64,000 nucleotides of DNA from Mytilus californianus (lineage: Eukaryota), in NCBI RefSeq assembly GCF_021869535.1, contig NW_026262745.1, forward strand, positions 96,224,001 through 96,288,000, in the 5' to 3' direction. The notes below the pieces were generated by a model. The model searched no databases. It was not told where the DNA came from and saw nothing but the letters and a program-made list of their open reading frames with translations. Made by a program: the position numbers and the translations under genes. Every line of letters begins with the position of its first letter. The stretch's first letter is position 1. Below, piece after piece: positions 1 through 13,462 of this stretch.

Positions 1-877
1 TCCTATGCAGGGGTAAGGCGACACCCGACAAGTATTGGCACGCACGAGCATAGAAGTATTCAAGACGGTTTTCAAGTTCTATTAATTATTTACAAATCTG
101 ACAATTTTGAAAAAATAATTATGGTCAAGAAAAATTTCTTCATCTACAGTTTATCCTCAAGCTTAGTCAGCAAAAGGGATTGACATCATGGCAATAGCTA
201 AAATAACCCAGGCAATAAAAAACCTTATACCTACAGCAAACCAATTGCATCCAAAATGTTCAACCCCCAGAAGAAACAAAAGACTTTTACCCTGAGGGAT
301 GTAAAATCGAAACTTCCCGATTTCTCTTGTGTATCGTCTCTGTAAAAATAAAGTACCATCGCTCATAACCGGAGCCCTTACCATATACAATGATATAATG
401 AATAACATATAAATAACATTCATTGGGCCTACAATTCGGGCACTATTGTGGTGAATAGACTGCAATTGGGCCGGAACCTTGGATATTATCTTGATGAATT
501 GACTATCATTGGTTCTGAGGTCGGGCATGATTGTGATGAATATTGTGTCATTTGGCTTGAAGCTCGGGCATGATCATGATGAAAACCGTCGTTGAGCATT
601 CAGATTTACGAGGTAATGATTTCCATTTGTAGGAGCTGGGTCAGTATGCGTAAATGATTTCCCATAGACGGTAATGGTAACATTTTCTTCTGTAGCTGAG
701 TCCATATCGTAAACTTGGATATCTATGATGGCTCGTTTCGAAGCTGAGACATTTTCACATATGTGGTTAAATTTTCGGGGTACGACGTGTGATTCATTTT
801 TCAGTAAATTAGCACACCCCGAAAATCCTTTTTTCACACAATAAGTTCTTTGATTTTAGTATGGCGTTCATTATCAC

Positions 878-1040
878 TGAACTAGTATATATATTTGTTT
901 AGGGGCCAGCTGAAGGACGCCTCCGGGTGCGGGAATTTCTCGCTGCATTGAAGACCTGTTGGTGGCCTTCTGCTGTTGTCTGTTCTGTGGTCGGGTTGTT
1001 GTCTCTTTGACACATTCCCCATTTCCATTCTCAATTTTAT
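878..1040 (+). repeat. Dispersed repeat family C (ggggccagctgaaggacgcctccgggtgcggg...cacattccccatttccattctcaatttt)
   Basis: Homologous copies at about 36765-36927 and 62835-62955. Confidence 0.8.
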
Positions 1041-2096
1041 TTGAAAATTTAAACTCCATAGTTTCTACACATTTATTCTATGGTCCTCTACTCTCCAAAT
1101 CAACACAAATGGTTAAGCTTAGCAGTAACTTGTTAAAAATAGAAACATGTCAAATATCACTGCACAGAGATTTTTTGTTTACGCACATCATTTGTGTTCC
1201 TCAATTTAAGTCGCATTAGGGATATTGACCCAGCTGTAAATGGCTGCATTCAATCAAAAAGCGCCTTTTAAATGCTCACATGTAAATGTAGACAATGTAG
1301 ATAAACAATTGCCACGTGGTAAGATTTTTATACGCTACATAATGCAGAAAACTCCAAAAAATAGAACATTTATTGAAGGATGCAAATGAAAGTAATGAAC
1401 TATCAAAGGTAAAAAAGATCGAGAATACAGATTTTTTTGTCAAAGCTGTCAACCTTTCGTCATACATTACGAAATATTTATTGAAACCAACACCGGTTCC
1501 GTCAGACAATACAGAAACAGAGGAATCAGAGCATAGACTTGCTTTTAAGTCTTTATTTACGATTGTAAAAGATTATTTGTTCTTGTGGAGAAGGACTTAT
1601 TTGATGTCGCACATCCTCGACACATGCCGGTTACCTTTCGCCTGCAATAGTGTTGATATGTGCCTGTCTGCCAATCTTCTAATCAGTTGTTTTGGAAGTT
1701 AAATCACAATGCAGACGCAGCGTGAATAGGGGATGTCAAATAAAGTGTTTAGCTTTGACCTTGATATAGGAAATGTAATCGCTGTCGTTAAAAAATTGAA
1801 GCCTATGTAAAAACTTTCAGAACTACACAAAGGCGTGTCTTCTATCAAGGTATCGTCAAATAAAAGGTCACTCTGACAAAACGCTCTTATGTTCTATACT
1901 AAATACATTATTATATACCCTTTAGGCTACTTTTTGCCTATAAGGCTTCATTGGGTGTTGGTAGGGAAAAGATGTCAGCATCGCTTTTAAATTAATCTGT
2001 TGTTTAATAGATGAAAAATCACTCAAAGGCACGTCTGGAGCATATCATGCATATGTTGTACTTCCAGACGCACTCAGAAAATAATTTGCAACACTG

Positions 2097-2305
2097 CAGG
2101 TGCCACATGTGGAGCAGGATTTGCCTACTCTTCCGGAGCACCTGAGATCACCCCAGGTGTGGTTCGTGTTCCTCAGTTGTTAGTTTTCAATGTTGTGTTT
2201 TGTGTACTATTGTTTGTCTGTTGGTCTTTTTTAGCCATCGCGTTGTCAGTTTATTTTCGATTTATGAGTTTTCATGTCCCTTTGGTATCTTTCGCCTCTC
2301 TTGTA
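2097..2305 (+). repeat. High-copy repeat family B (ggagcaggat.tgc.tac.cttccggagcacctgagatcacccc), a retroelement 3' tail or SINE-like
   Basis: Copies at about 10195-10292 and 11900-12090 (+); 17020-17095, 26030-26250, 29255-29480 and 43493-43710 (-). It follows RT fragments at 10195 and about 27000. Confidence 0.8.
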
Positions 2306-2946
2306 CTGTCAAATCTATCGGTTTTCTATAATAATGTATATTCACCCTATTTAGTGTAGTAACATCATAAATGTGGGTCACAAAATTCAATAGAAATTGT
2401 TTTCACATGGCCTTTGTGCTTACGAGGTTAAGCGATACCTGAAAAGTATTACTATGTACGAGGTTGAATGTATTAAAGACGGTGTTTGTGTTCCAAACGG
2501 CATTATTTATTTTGAAAGAATTGACTGGGAGGAAAACAATTTGGGTAAAAAAAATACCTGTTAGTTTACGTTTATCCCCAGACTAGGTCATGCAGCACAA
2601 GGGATTGTGCATTATAAAAAAAGGCTAAATAGAACAGATTTTTATTTACCTACACCAACCCTATTGCATTCAAAGTGTGCAAAAAAGTAAAATCACAATA
2701 ATACTGAACTCCGAGGAGAATTCCAAACGGAAAGTCCCTAATCAAATGGTAAAATCAAAAGGCTCAAACACATCAAACGAATGGATAACAACAGTCATAT
2801 TCCTGACTTGGTACAGGCATTTTCATACGTAGAAAATGATGGATTAAACCTGGTTTTATAGCTAGCTAAACCTCTCACTTGTATGACAGTCGCATAAAAT
2901 TCCATTATAATGACAACAAGAGAGGATTAGAGACTGTTATCATCAG

Positions 2947-3302
2947 AGATGTAAAATCGAAAGCACCTGATATCATATCGTCTCCATAAAGTCCCACTGC
3001 TCATAACCGGAGCCCTTGCCAACAAGGAACAGCTAAGCAAAAAGACCAGAAATACCGAACTCCCCAGCCTATAAACTGGCAGAATAACTTTAGATTACAT
3101 TATTGTGATGAAAAGCCTGTCATTGAGCTTAAACCTTAGGCATAATCATGATGAATAGACTGTCATTGGGTCCGAAGCTCGTGAATTATCATGATGAATA
3201 GACTGTCATTGGGACCGGAGCTCATGCATTATCATGATGACTACACTGTTATTGGGCAATAATTTCAGGCATCATCGTAATGAATAGACTGTCATTGGGT
3301 CC
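2947..3302. repeat. Dispersed repeat with an internal about 43-bp tandem array; second diverged copy at about 298-590
   Basis: Shared gatgtaaaatcgaaa...gctcataaccggagccctt segment followed by atcatgatgaatagactgtcattggg units in both places. Confidence 0.75.
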
Positions 3303-4973
3303 GTAAAAAATTGCGTATGTGGGAACAAAATTATTAGATCTGATATTTCATTCCAATTTGACGTTTATTATTAACGTTTTAGACTGCCTGGAGTCTATTT
3401 TTGACTAATTGGTGATTATGAATGCAAAATCTGTCTATTTCGACTAAAGTTATGTTAACGACTTTTGACTCTAGAGTTTATAATTGTAGACAGCTTATCT
3501 ACCCTGTGGTAATACATTTTGGTACTTGGTCAAGTAAGAGCTACTAAAAGAAGTAAACGCAAGCTAACATTCGATGCAATTTGAGAAAAAAAAATGTTTT
3601 GTCTTTTACACACGACAAAATCATCGGAAAACACTTAATTTTCCCTTCAAACTGAACCGAATGTAAAAAGTCGTTTATATGAAAATAGTTCTTTGAAGTT
3701 TTTTGATTTTTCGTCCTTAATGGCGGTTTGTAATAATAATAAACTGCTGTGGCTACCCAAGCAAAAGTAACGAGCACATTTTAGATAGCTGACTTTCAAA
3801 TTGTAGGCAGTCTTTCATTTCCTTGTTCAAGTTATTGATTATTCTGTTGAGTAGATTTTTTTTTTTTTTTTTAACGTTTGAAAAAATATGTCATAGAAAG
3901 GGAAGAGTAATTGTAATTAAACTTGAATCAAAAAGTTTCACCGGTTCAAACATTAAATTAATTCTACGGCTCATGGAACATAATCCTAATAAAATATGCA
4001 CGACCAATCACATTCAAACACTGCTTTTACTCTTGAGAGATGGGCGTGATATTGAGAGTGCCACTGGATAAATTACCTTACTCAAAATTTATTTATGATA
4101 GAGTCCGAAGTTTAGTCCTGCAACAACCCATCTACTGACCCTTCGATTTATGAATGTCTCTTACTTGAAGAGATTTATGCAACTGATAACATCTTCATAT
4201 GTATTTGTTGAAGCATAGCCAAGCGTACGACTCTTACTGAGGAATCGTATTTTCCCAACGTAAAAAAATGGATTTCTTTCTATTACCGGGTACCCTATGG
4301 GAAAAAATTTTGAAGCTCATCTTCTGCCTCAATATTTTCCGAGTTACTTCTTAATTATTTCATGTTAAGCACCATCCCCTAACCTCTAAAGTTCTGCCTG
4401 AAAAATACATGCAATTAATTTTTGTCAAGTTATAGATATGGTTTATCCAGCTTGGGTACTTTGAATTTTATTGCAATTTTAGGGCATTATCCCAACTTTA
4501 TTCTATCATGCCATGATATCTAAGAATCTTGCTTTTCTTGTTAGGACAAGACAAGAACTATAATAACTTTTAAAACACCGTTCACTGGTGCATTACATTT
4601 CCTGTTTAGACTCCTCCTTAAAGACAGGTGCATTTTCCAATTGCGTATTTCGTTATTTATCTCCAAAAAGAATCCGAATTAATACTATTGATGGAGCATT
4701 CAAGCTACATCTGGATATAACTATCTCCTTATTTTACTAGATTTAATATTTGTATATGAGTATATTGTGTATGAAGGTCATTTGTATGTTGTAATTGTAT
4801 TACGTTATGATTCTTGCTTATAAGTGTCATAAGTGGGACTTCGATTAGAATCATACAATAATAAATGTAATTTGATATGATTTATAACAAATAAATTGTA
4901 AATTTCATCTGTATGCGTATAAATTCATTGTCATAGGTAAAATTTAACAAACTCGTAACACTGGACGTCTTTA

Positions 4974-6016
4974 TCATACGTAAAAGTTGAATGCCGCTTT
5001 GCATTCTCTTCCAGTTTGATCGTTTGTCACAGAAGCACGGAAGTCGGTTTCACTGGCGTTAATCTTAACTGACAATAAAATTTCTTTAGATTCCAACGGT
5101 TCAACATCGACACAAAGAATTCCTATCATAGTACAATTTTGGGAAGTTGTAAAATCTGGATTAATGTCATTAGTTGAAAAAAAATGAAAGCATACTTTAT
5201 GTTCATTCACTTCACAAAAGTACAAATGTTCATCTAAAAAATCTCCGAAATTCAACATTTGCCCCTTTTTCACATGAATATCGAATTCGTCTGATTGTGC
5301 ATTCACAAACATACGATGGTAATGTACTCCTTTGTCTTTGAAGCTAACCTTCTTTACGGCAACTCCGTACGTAAACTTTGCAATTCTTGCAGTGACCATT
5401 TCTGGTTGAAATCCATACAGAACGGCCCCTTTGAGAACAGCGACCTCTGGGTCCTCAGGAACGACGACTTTAACATAAGGTCCTACTTTTTCCGTGATAG
5501 CGTTTTTCAGAACATTTGACTGTGAAAAGCCCCCCACGGCTAATACTATTTTAACGTCTGAAAATTCTTCTTTTGAGAGGAGAAATTCAAGTTCGTTCGT
5601 GACTCTTCTTATTGAGGGTCTGTAGAAAGAGCAAGCTATTTCATATGGAATTCTTAGCTTATCTCTAAGAAGCTCTACATGTTGATAATTTGCATGTGCT
5701 GCATAGGGAACTGTGGAAAGTGATTTTTCGTGTTCATATGCGTGCAAAAGGCTTGCAGGCAGACGAATCGTAACCTTTGATGAGGAATCAGATATTCGTT
5801 TCTTAACTAGTTCAATATTGTGTATCAACTCAAAATATTCTGTCGCGCTATTTTCAACGAAACACTTAATAACATTTTGCCCGAAATAATTTGATATAAA
5901 TTTGAAGATTTCCTCACTGACAGTCGATCCACCCCAGTTTCCACCGCATGACTGGTATATTTCTTTGACACAATTATTACCAACTACCTCGTGTACAGAT
6001 ATATCAGTTGTTCCAC
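4974..6016 (-). CDS. HSPA12: HSPA12-like terminal exon (HSP70 NBD lobe II plus C-terminal beta domain)
   Basis: Acceptor cttcttacag, phase 1, reads GGTTDISVHEV...GGNWGGSTV and runs in frame into ORF 4974-5828 with IVLAVGGFSQS and VVVPEDPEVAVLKGAVLYG. These are HSP70/HSPA12 motifs. Confidence 0.93.
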
Positions 6017-7343
6017 CTGTAAGAAGATAGTAATATATAATTATATATAACTAATTTCTAATAAATATTGAGGATTAATTTCAATGAAAAACCAACTCAG
6101 TACTATAAGTTTACCGCTTTCCCATTTTGATGTCACCAAGGTATACTTAACGAATGGTCATTAACCAAACGACAAGCTGTAGTTATAAACCGTTTGGATA
6201 TATTATAAGACATATAATAACATTAACTGTAAATATTTTACATGGTCGCAGGTTAAGTTAGCTATGGTAGATTTTTGTTAAACATAATAAATAATATATG
6301 CGTTTACCAATGTTATTGTCTGTCTTTCAATGTTTTTTTTTTTTAAATCTGTGTTTGATTCTTACCTTTATATTTGAATATAAACGATTGATGTATGTTG
6401 AATTAAAATTGGTTGGTACTTGCTGGTCCGCAACAATCAACAGATTATTACAACAGTTTTCTTTGTTAACTTTTCGCGTGCTTTTTAATATACAATTGAT
6501 TAAATCAATTGATGGACATTCTTTAATAGAAGGAATTGGTTGAAAACTCCATAATTAAAAAACACGTCCGAGGCGCTATTGTGGATTTACCTTTTCAGGA
6601 ACGCTCAAAAACTTAAAAGCCATGGACTACTAAGTACTCAAAATCGTGCGGAGCTGAATAATCAAAAGAACGTTTAACATAAAAAGAATAGCCAAATACA
6701 TCTAAGATCACCATTGCTTGAACGAGGTGGAACTTCAGTTTCTCAATAATTTCTTAATTTAAGACGGAGAATTTGCAATCTCATGTAGATAAGGCGTGCA
6801 TCAAATGAACTAAATTGCATTTTTTGTTATATAAAAAAAGTAAAATAACAAAAAATACCGAATTGAAAGGGAAATTAAAAACAGAAAGTCCTTCAAGAAA
6901 TGGCAAAATCAAAAGCTCAAACACATCTCACGAATGATAAACACCAGTCATATTCCTGAATTGGTACAGTCATTTCCTTATGTCGAAAATATAATTGCAT
7001 AATAAGAAAAAGATCACGAATACTAAATAAAAGCATAACATGTTAAAACCCATTAAATCTCTGATTCGACGATATTGATTTGTGATTTTGGATTATAACA
7101 GGTCTTACGGAATGTTTAGAATACTCAGCTCCACATTTAATATATGCATCCCTTAATAAACTTTCAATTCTAATAAAAAAGGACATATAAAAGCATACGT
7201 TGATTCTTAACCAACTTCTATGTTTTTTTAAATTCAATTAATCTACAGAAGAAAATGGTTGATCGATACTTTTTAATTACAGAGAGAGAAAAAAACATTG
7301 AATATTTCCGTCGATTATATGACAATTCTAAAGTAATATCTAC

Positions 7344-7494
7344 CCCCTTGATCAAGGACGATATATTTGTCGCCATCATTCAAAACAGGTTCTCCATCCT
7401 CTGTTCCCTGTGAAACATTTGAGTTTCGTATATAGTGCATCGCTGCAACCTCGGGTTCCAATGCAAGGGATAATTGATTGGAAGCGATCCCAGC
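7344..7494 (-). CDS. HSPA12: HSPA12-like exon (connect-1 and phosphate-2 motifs)
   Basis: tttttcag acceptor; AGIASNQLSLALEPEVAAMHY...DGDKYIVLDQG(G); 151 nt, phase 0 to 1, joins the next exon to give DQGGGTTD. Confidence 0.92.
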
Positions 7495-8770
7495 CTGAAA
7501 AATAATAATTACATACTTAACGCATATTCCACTGTTGGGTTCAATAACATAGGGTATTGCTATTGTTTCGGTTTGGAAACTAAGTTTAAGATAATTATAC
7601 CAAATGTGATGATAGGGCCATCTACTACTTCAACTGCTAATACGAAAGAAAAGTTTTAAGCACCTTGTGTCTCCATTTCCAAAGTTTTCTAAAACCAGAA
7701 ACAAATCGTCCTCAAAAAGGCATACACGGTCAGCATCGTTGTACAAACAAATTGTTTAAATAAAGGCAATAGTAGCATACCGCTGTTCAATAGTCATAAA
7801 TCGATTTAACTGAAACAAATCCGGGTCACAAACCAAAACCGAGGGAAACACATCAACTATAAAAGGAAAACAACGGAACAACAGAAACCCTGAACTGCTA
7901 CAAAAACAAACGCAAACATACATAGAAACGGACTATTTTATAACAACTGCCATATTCCTGATTTGGTACAGGACATTTTAAGAAAAAATGGTGGGTTGAA
8001 CTGGTTTTATGGCTAGCAAAACCTCCCGCTTATATGGCAATGTTAAAAAATACCGCTAAAATGACAACATTACGTGAGAGGAATACAGTACAAATAAATG
8101 CATGAACACTCAGGACAGAGAAATACATAAATAAATAATATAATAGTACATTTGAACATGTAAACCACAGAATAACAACGAACACCTAAAATTAATTTCC
8201 GCCAGTACACAAGTACAGCACAATAGTATTATGAACTGTGAGTCACACGAATGTATCAACGTCACAAAAAGTGACGTCACTTGTAAATTTCTAAAAATAG
8301 AATATTAAATTGGGATTAAGTTTGTAATGGTGCTATTTGATGTATTGTCTAACCATTACAAGAATATTGATATAGAATTGTGTTAGTAATGGTGTAATTA
8401 TTTGTATTTTCTAACCATGTCAGTTTTTCTTCCAAATCAAACTGTGTAAAAACAAATAAATCCTGTGCATATAGTTGCTTTAAACAAAAAAATCATATAA
8501 ATGAACTAACTGATTAATTATCTTAACTTTTACATACATGTTTTAAACCATGATAAGAAACTATTAAACACTATGGTAGGGTCACTAAATATAAAAAGCA
8601 AACAGCTATTTCAATTTTGTTTTATGACAATACCATAACAAAATATAACAGTATAGAATAATGATTGCAGTTTATCACATACATTAAAATATTCATGTAT
8701 AATGCATGCATAAAGATAATGTTATGTGTATTTTCTTTAAGATTTAAAAATATATATATATATATATATA

Positions 8771-9269
8771 TATAGATTGCCTAACAATGTAATTTTAACA
8801 CACTATTTAGTATGTAAATATAAGAATGTTTAAAATATTTACAAAATGATGAAAATAAACGCAATATTTCGCTAGACTAACTAGCTTTATCAAGCGTGCA
8901 TCTATCCAGGTGAAATCGGATGTAGATGATAAGAAACTTTTGCAGCTCAATGTATATGTTGCACTTGAATTTAGCTGCCTTGAAAATAATAAATAATTTG
9001 AATGAAGTTCAAGACTTCATCAACTTCATCAACTTCATTCAAATTATTTATTATTTTCAAGGCAGCTAAATTCAAGTGCAACATATACATTGAGCTGCAA
9101 AAGTTTCTTATCATCTACATCCGATTTCACCTGGATAGATGCACGCTTGATAAAGCTAGTTAGTCTAGCGAAATATTGCGTTTATTTTCATCATTTTGTA
9201 AATATTTTAAACATTCTTATATTTACATACTAAATAGTGTGTTAAAATTACATTGTTAGGCAATCTATA
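8771..9269. repeat. Long palindrome: two 239-bp arms and a 21-bp spacer
   Basis: 8771-9009 is the reverse complement of 9031-9269 (no mismatch seen by eye); directly follows a (TA)n run. Confidence 0.92.
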
Positions 9270-9889
9270 ATTTTATTTGTGTAATTGAATTAATCCCTGT
9301 ACTGATTAATCCACACTCCCATAGATTTGTATGTCATGTGCTGCTATTTATAGGCACTTATATATATATATATATATATATACATATATGGCAGTCAGCA
9401 GGGTTTAAGAACATCCGTTGTTCGACCTGCTAGTCAAATGCATTTTGTTAAAATATACTTTTTCACTTTTTTGGTCTTATGGAAAATGCTGTTTGTGCTG
9501 TATTCAGACCCCTTTACCATTGGTCTAAATATTAGGTTTAAAGTTTATACGATCACAAACTTCCTTAAAACAAAACTGTAACATACCTCAAATATAACAA
9601 AAATAACCAATAACATGAAACCTTGGTCAAAACCCCATATTTACATACAGATCAACATAATCTAATAGTTCACTTCATAATGAACATGTATACTTAGTGA
9701 TAAGTTGAAGTAATCATAGGTGTGTTCTATGTGGAATTGTAACCAAAGATTAAGAACTGGACCTTCCTTCGCTCTAGTGGATACCCAAATTAGATAAATG
9801 TCCTTTCAAACAACGTTAAAATGAAGGGTCTTCCGAGTGCTCCACGAAACCTTTTTGTAATTATTAACATCAATTTTATCAGCAATCAA

Positions 9890-10125
9890 AGCTTGCATAT
9901 AGAGAATATATCTCCAAGATGATGAGATAATCCAGACATTGCGTATTTTATCAAGATTTCTTTGATAAATTGTTGCTGCCTACAAGGAAGCAATTACAAA
10001 AAGAGTTCGGAGTGGTGAAGTTGGAATTATCCCTCCGAAAAGTTTACGAACACCATCACAAGTTGGTTGCCCGCTATGCAATATCTGTTTCATCGATGAC
10101 GACGGATATGTTACAAAACTGTCCT
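9890..10125 (+). mobile_element. Degenerate Penelope-like RT C-terminal fragment
   Basis: YQDFFDKLLLPTRKQLQKEFGVVKLELSLRKVYEHHHKLVARYAISVSSMTTDM, followed by the family 3' tail at 10195-10292. Confidence 0.65.
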
Positions 10126-11604
10126 CTTTTCCATGTTTTCCTCAAATATGACCTCTGAAATTAGACTTATCGCCGGTTTTTAACTTACATAAGCAGGACG
10201 ACGGGTGCCATATATGGAGTAGGAAGTACTTACCCTTCCGGAGTACCTGAGATCACCACCGGTTTATGTTGGGGTTCGTGTTGCTCAGTTTAAGTGAAAA
10301 TGAAGGTAGTCATTCTTTGGACCACAACCAAAACACAATCTTGCAAGATGATCTGTTTATACTTGTAAAAATCTGTTTTAAACATGTTCCATCTTAAGAG
10401 CTGACTCGAATTCCAACATACTGATGTTTGTTTTTCGTAAACTGGATTGTTATAAATATGGCAGTTAGTTTTCTCGTTTGAATTCTTTCGCATTTTTCAT
10501 GTCAGGGCCTATTACAAATGACTATACGGTATTTATTTTCCTTATTGAAGGCCGTATAAATGTTAACACCAACGTCATTTGTACTCTGGTGGATAGTTGT
10601 CTTATTGGCAGTCATGATATATCTCCGTATTTGAATAGTTTAATACCAATTAAGGTTTGATCTTCAATCCACATCACAAACCTTTATTAAAGTTTTGGTG
10701 ATTTTTGTTTAAACAAGGTTTAATGGATTTGTATATTTGTGGTGTAAATAGATGTGTTTCAATATCTCATATCATTAACGTTAAAAGTATATTTAGGTAT
10801 TTATTCATTTTTGTATTGAGTTTGATTTATAGTAACAACTGATGCTGATTGAGGAAGTCGACTGGAATTAATCAGTAATCGCAGTTGGATTGATTGCTTG
10901 TACGTCTGGCGTACCAAATGTTTAAGCCTGCATGGTATCTGTAATGAGTCTATTTACAACCACTGGGTCGATGCCATAGCTAGTAGAGGTTTATCGCCTC
11001 GATGGTATCACTCAGCATCTTTTGTAGACGAAATGCGCGTCTGACGTACACAATAGTAAAGCTTAGTTTCTCTAATTTTCGTGCTATTTTCACATTTTTT
11101 GAACGGTGTGAGAAAAATATTTCTCCTCACTAGTGAAATATCTGTTCTCAGCAATTGATTGGTCGAAATTTAATTATGACGTTAAATTTTTCTTGATTTC
11201 TTCTGAACTTCCTATTGTGACGTCCTGAAAAAAGACGACCATGCCTGATGACGTCACGTATAAAGAACACATTCTCTGCAAATCTTTGAAAAGGAAGAAT
11301 CAAAATCATTAGAAAAACAGATTCCACCACTATAAATTGTGTATTACGATATTTCTCAACTCTCAACATTTAAATTTAAATATTTAAAAAGCTCGGCCAA
11401 CCTCGCGCTTTAAATATTAAAATTTCACTGTCTCGAGTGAAGAAATATAGTAACACACTTGTTGCAGTGATTGAATCTATATATCTACAATGAGTCTATT
11501 GTAATCAATTCATTATTATGTCAGATGTTTTATTAATAAATTGACGGTAGATAACAGCGACAGGTATTGAATCAAACATTTGTTAATTAACAAACAAATC
11601 TTAC

Positions 11605-11824
11605 TTGCTCTGCTGCATCACGCATAAACTGTTTTGCTATTAGGCTCCAAATAGCTGGAACGGTAAGAACCCAATGAATAGAATCCTCACTAATATCTAG
11701 CATTTTAACAATCTTTGAAAAAATGTATCACAGCTGCAAAAACATCGATAGCTTTCATTTTCTTCCTGTGGCCAACAGAAGATGTGAATGTTTCATACAA
11801 CAAGGTATCTTTTGTTAACCCTTC
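11605..11824 (-). CDS. HSPA12: HSPA12-like exon containing a frameshift
   Basis: EGLTKDTLLYE...MKAIDVFAAVIHFFKDC* (TAA 11705-11707), then in another frame KIVKMLDISEDSIHWVLTVPAIWSLIAKQFMRDAAEQ followed by gtaag. Exon is 220 nt where 219 or 222 is needed. Confidence 0.9.
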
Positions 11825-12577
11825 CTGTAAAATAAATAATAATATTCAATAATATGCAGCTTTTAAAATTAGACATCAACGAATGAGAACCATCACCAGT
11901 ACAAGACGGATGCCATCAGTGGTGTAGGATCTGTTTTCACCGTTCCAGAGCACATGCGATTATTGTAAATTAGGTTCGTGTTATTCAGATTTTTGTTTAA
12001 CATGTATTTTTTAACACTTTTGTTTTTTTAGTCGTCTTTGGGTTTTGCTGGTGCCACAAGTTTTGAATGTCCTCTTGTGGTCATCCAACTTTTTTTAATT
12101 GACTGGTTTGTGTTTCCAGGAAAAAGGAACATATGATTTGAGATCATATTGGCATTAAAAAGATTTGCATCTCAAAATTAATTACATTTGGTCTACATTT
12201 TTAAAAAAAATGAGTTTTATTGATATATTATGCTTATCTGTATTACCAATTATAGAGTAAATCAGTACACACAAGCAGCTATCATCTCGTATTTTGCTCC
12301 TCAAAGACTTTATAAAACTTGGTATTATAAAAATCTTTAAGAAATCCGCGAAACTCTGTTTTCATGTGCGATTGCTGTTGTGAGTGTAAAAATGTACTGT
12401 TAACTACCAAAAAAATAAGTCTAGTTAGTTATCAATAAAATACGATAAAATACTGTGTTTTTACTGTTGCTTTTTTGTTTTCTTGCAAGAATGTCTCCCA
12501 AAATATCATACAATTATATGGAGGTTTGAATTTTTTGATCATGTTGATGTGTAAAACACTGCAACCCCAGACTGTAT

Positions 12578-13462
12578 CACAGGCACTCGTCTCAGAAAAA
12601 AATTTCCTATATACCTTTATATAACACAAGGTACTTAACTCGCGATTAAGAAAAATGTCAGGTGGTGACGAAATTCCGTTATATGCCGATTTCTCGGCTG
12701 TCAACCCCACTAAAACTTGTTATGTCGTAAATCTAAATTGATTTATCTTCACAATGGTGTCTAACACACCTACTGTTGTTGTCGGAATAATCCGTAGCAA
12801 TCCTACCCAGGTATGTCAATCGTAATTATTTCGTCTACCGACACAAAATTGGAAATAAACGTCTCGCAGTAAATGATTAATTATGAAAATTGTTTCAGAA
12901 ACAAACTGTTAGTTTTCGTATGAATAGAACTTATCACCGAATTAGTAAAATTGTATAAGATACCGTGAAAAAAAATCTAACAAGTGTTATTTGTGGTATG
13001 TCTAATAAGTTACGAGTTCCCTTTTTTAGACACAAATTGTCCCATGACGTCAATGTCATTCAAACTCTCTCTTGACTTTATGCATTAAATGAATCAAGAT
13101 CAGATAACTCTGAGAATCATTTAGACTTTCCCATAAAATTGACCAATCGGAAACCGAGATATATAAAGAGACATGACGCGTTTATTTCCAATCCATCGTC
13201 GGTAGACGAAATAATTATGATTGACATACTTGGGTAGGACTGCTACAGATGATTCCGACAACAAAAGTAGTCGTGTTATTCACCATTGTGAAGATAAATC
13301 AATTTAGATTTACGACATAACAAGTTTTAGTGGGGTTGGCAGCCGAGAAATCGGCATATAACGGAATTTCGTCACCGTCTGACATTTTTCTAAATCGCGA
13401 GTTAAGTACATTGTGTTATATAAAGGTATACAGGAAAAAAAATTCTGAGACGAGTGCCTGTG
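12578..13462. mobile_element. MITE (non-autonomous DNA transposon, hAT- or P-like) with about 265-bp TIRs and an 8-bp TSD
   Basis: Termini CACAGGCACTCGTCTCAG...CTGAGACGAGTGCCTGTG; long imperfect inverted arms about 12578-12842 and 13198-13462; GACTGTAT directly repeated at 12570-12577 and 13463-13470. Confidence 0.9.

Noticed and set aside
1373-1702. 109-aa ORF
   Set aside because: No recognisable motif, splice context or partner exons.
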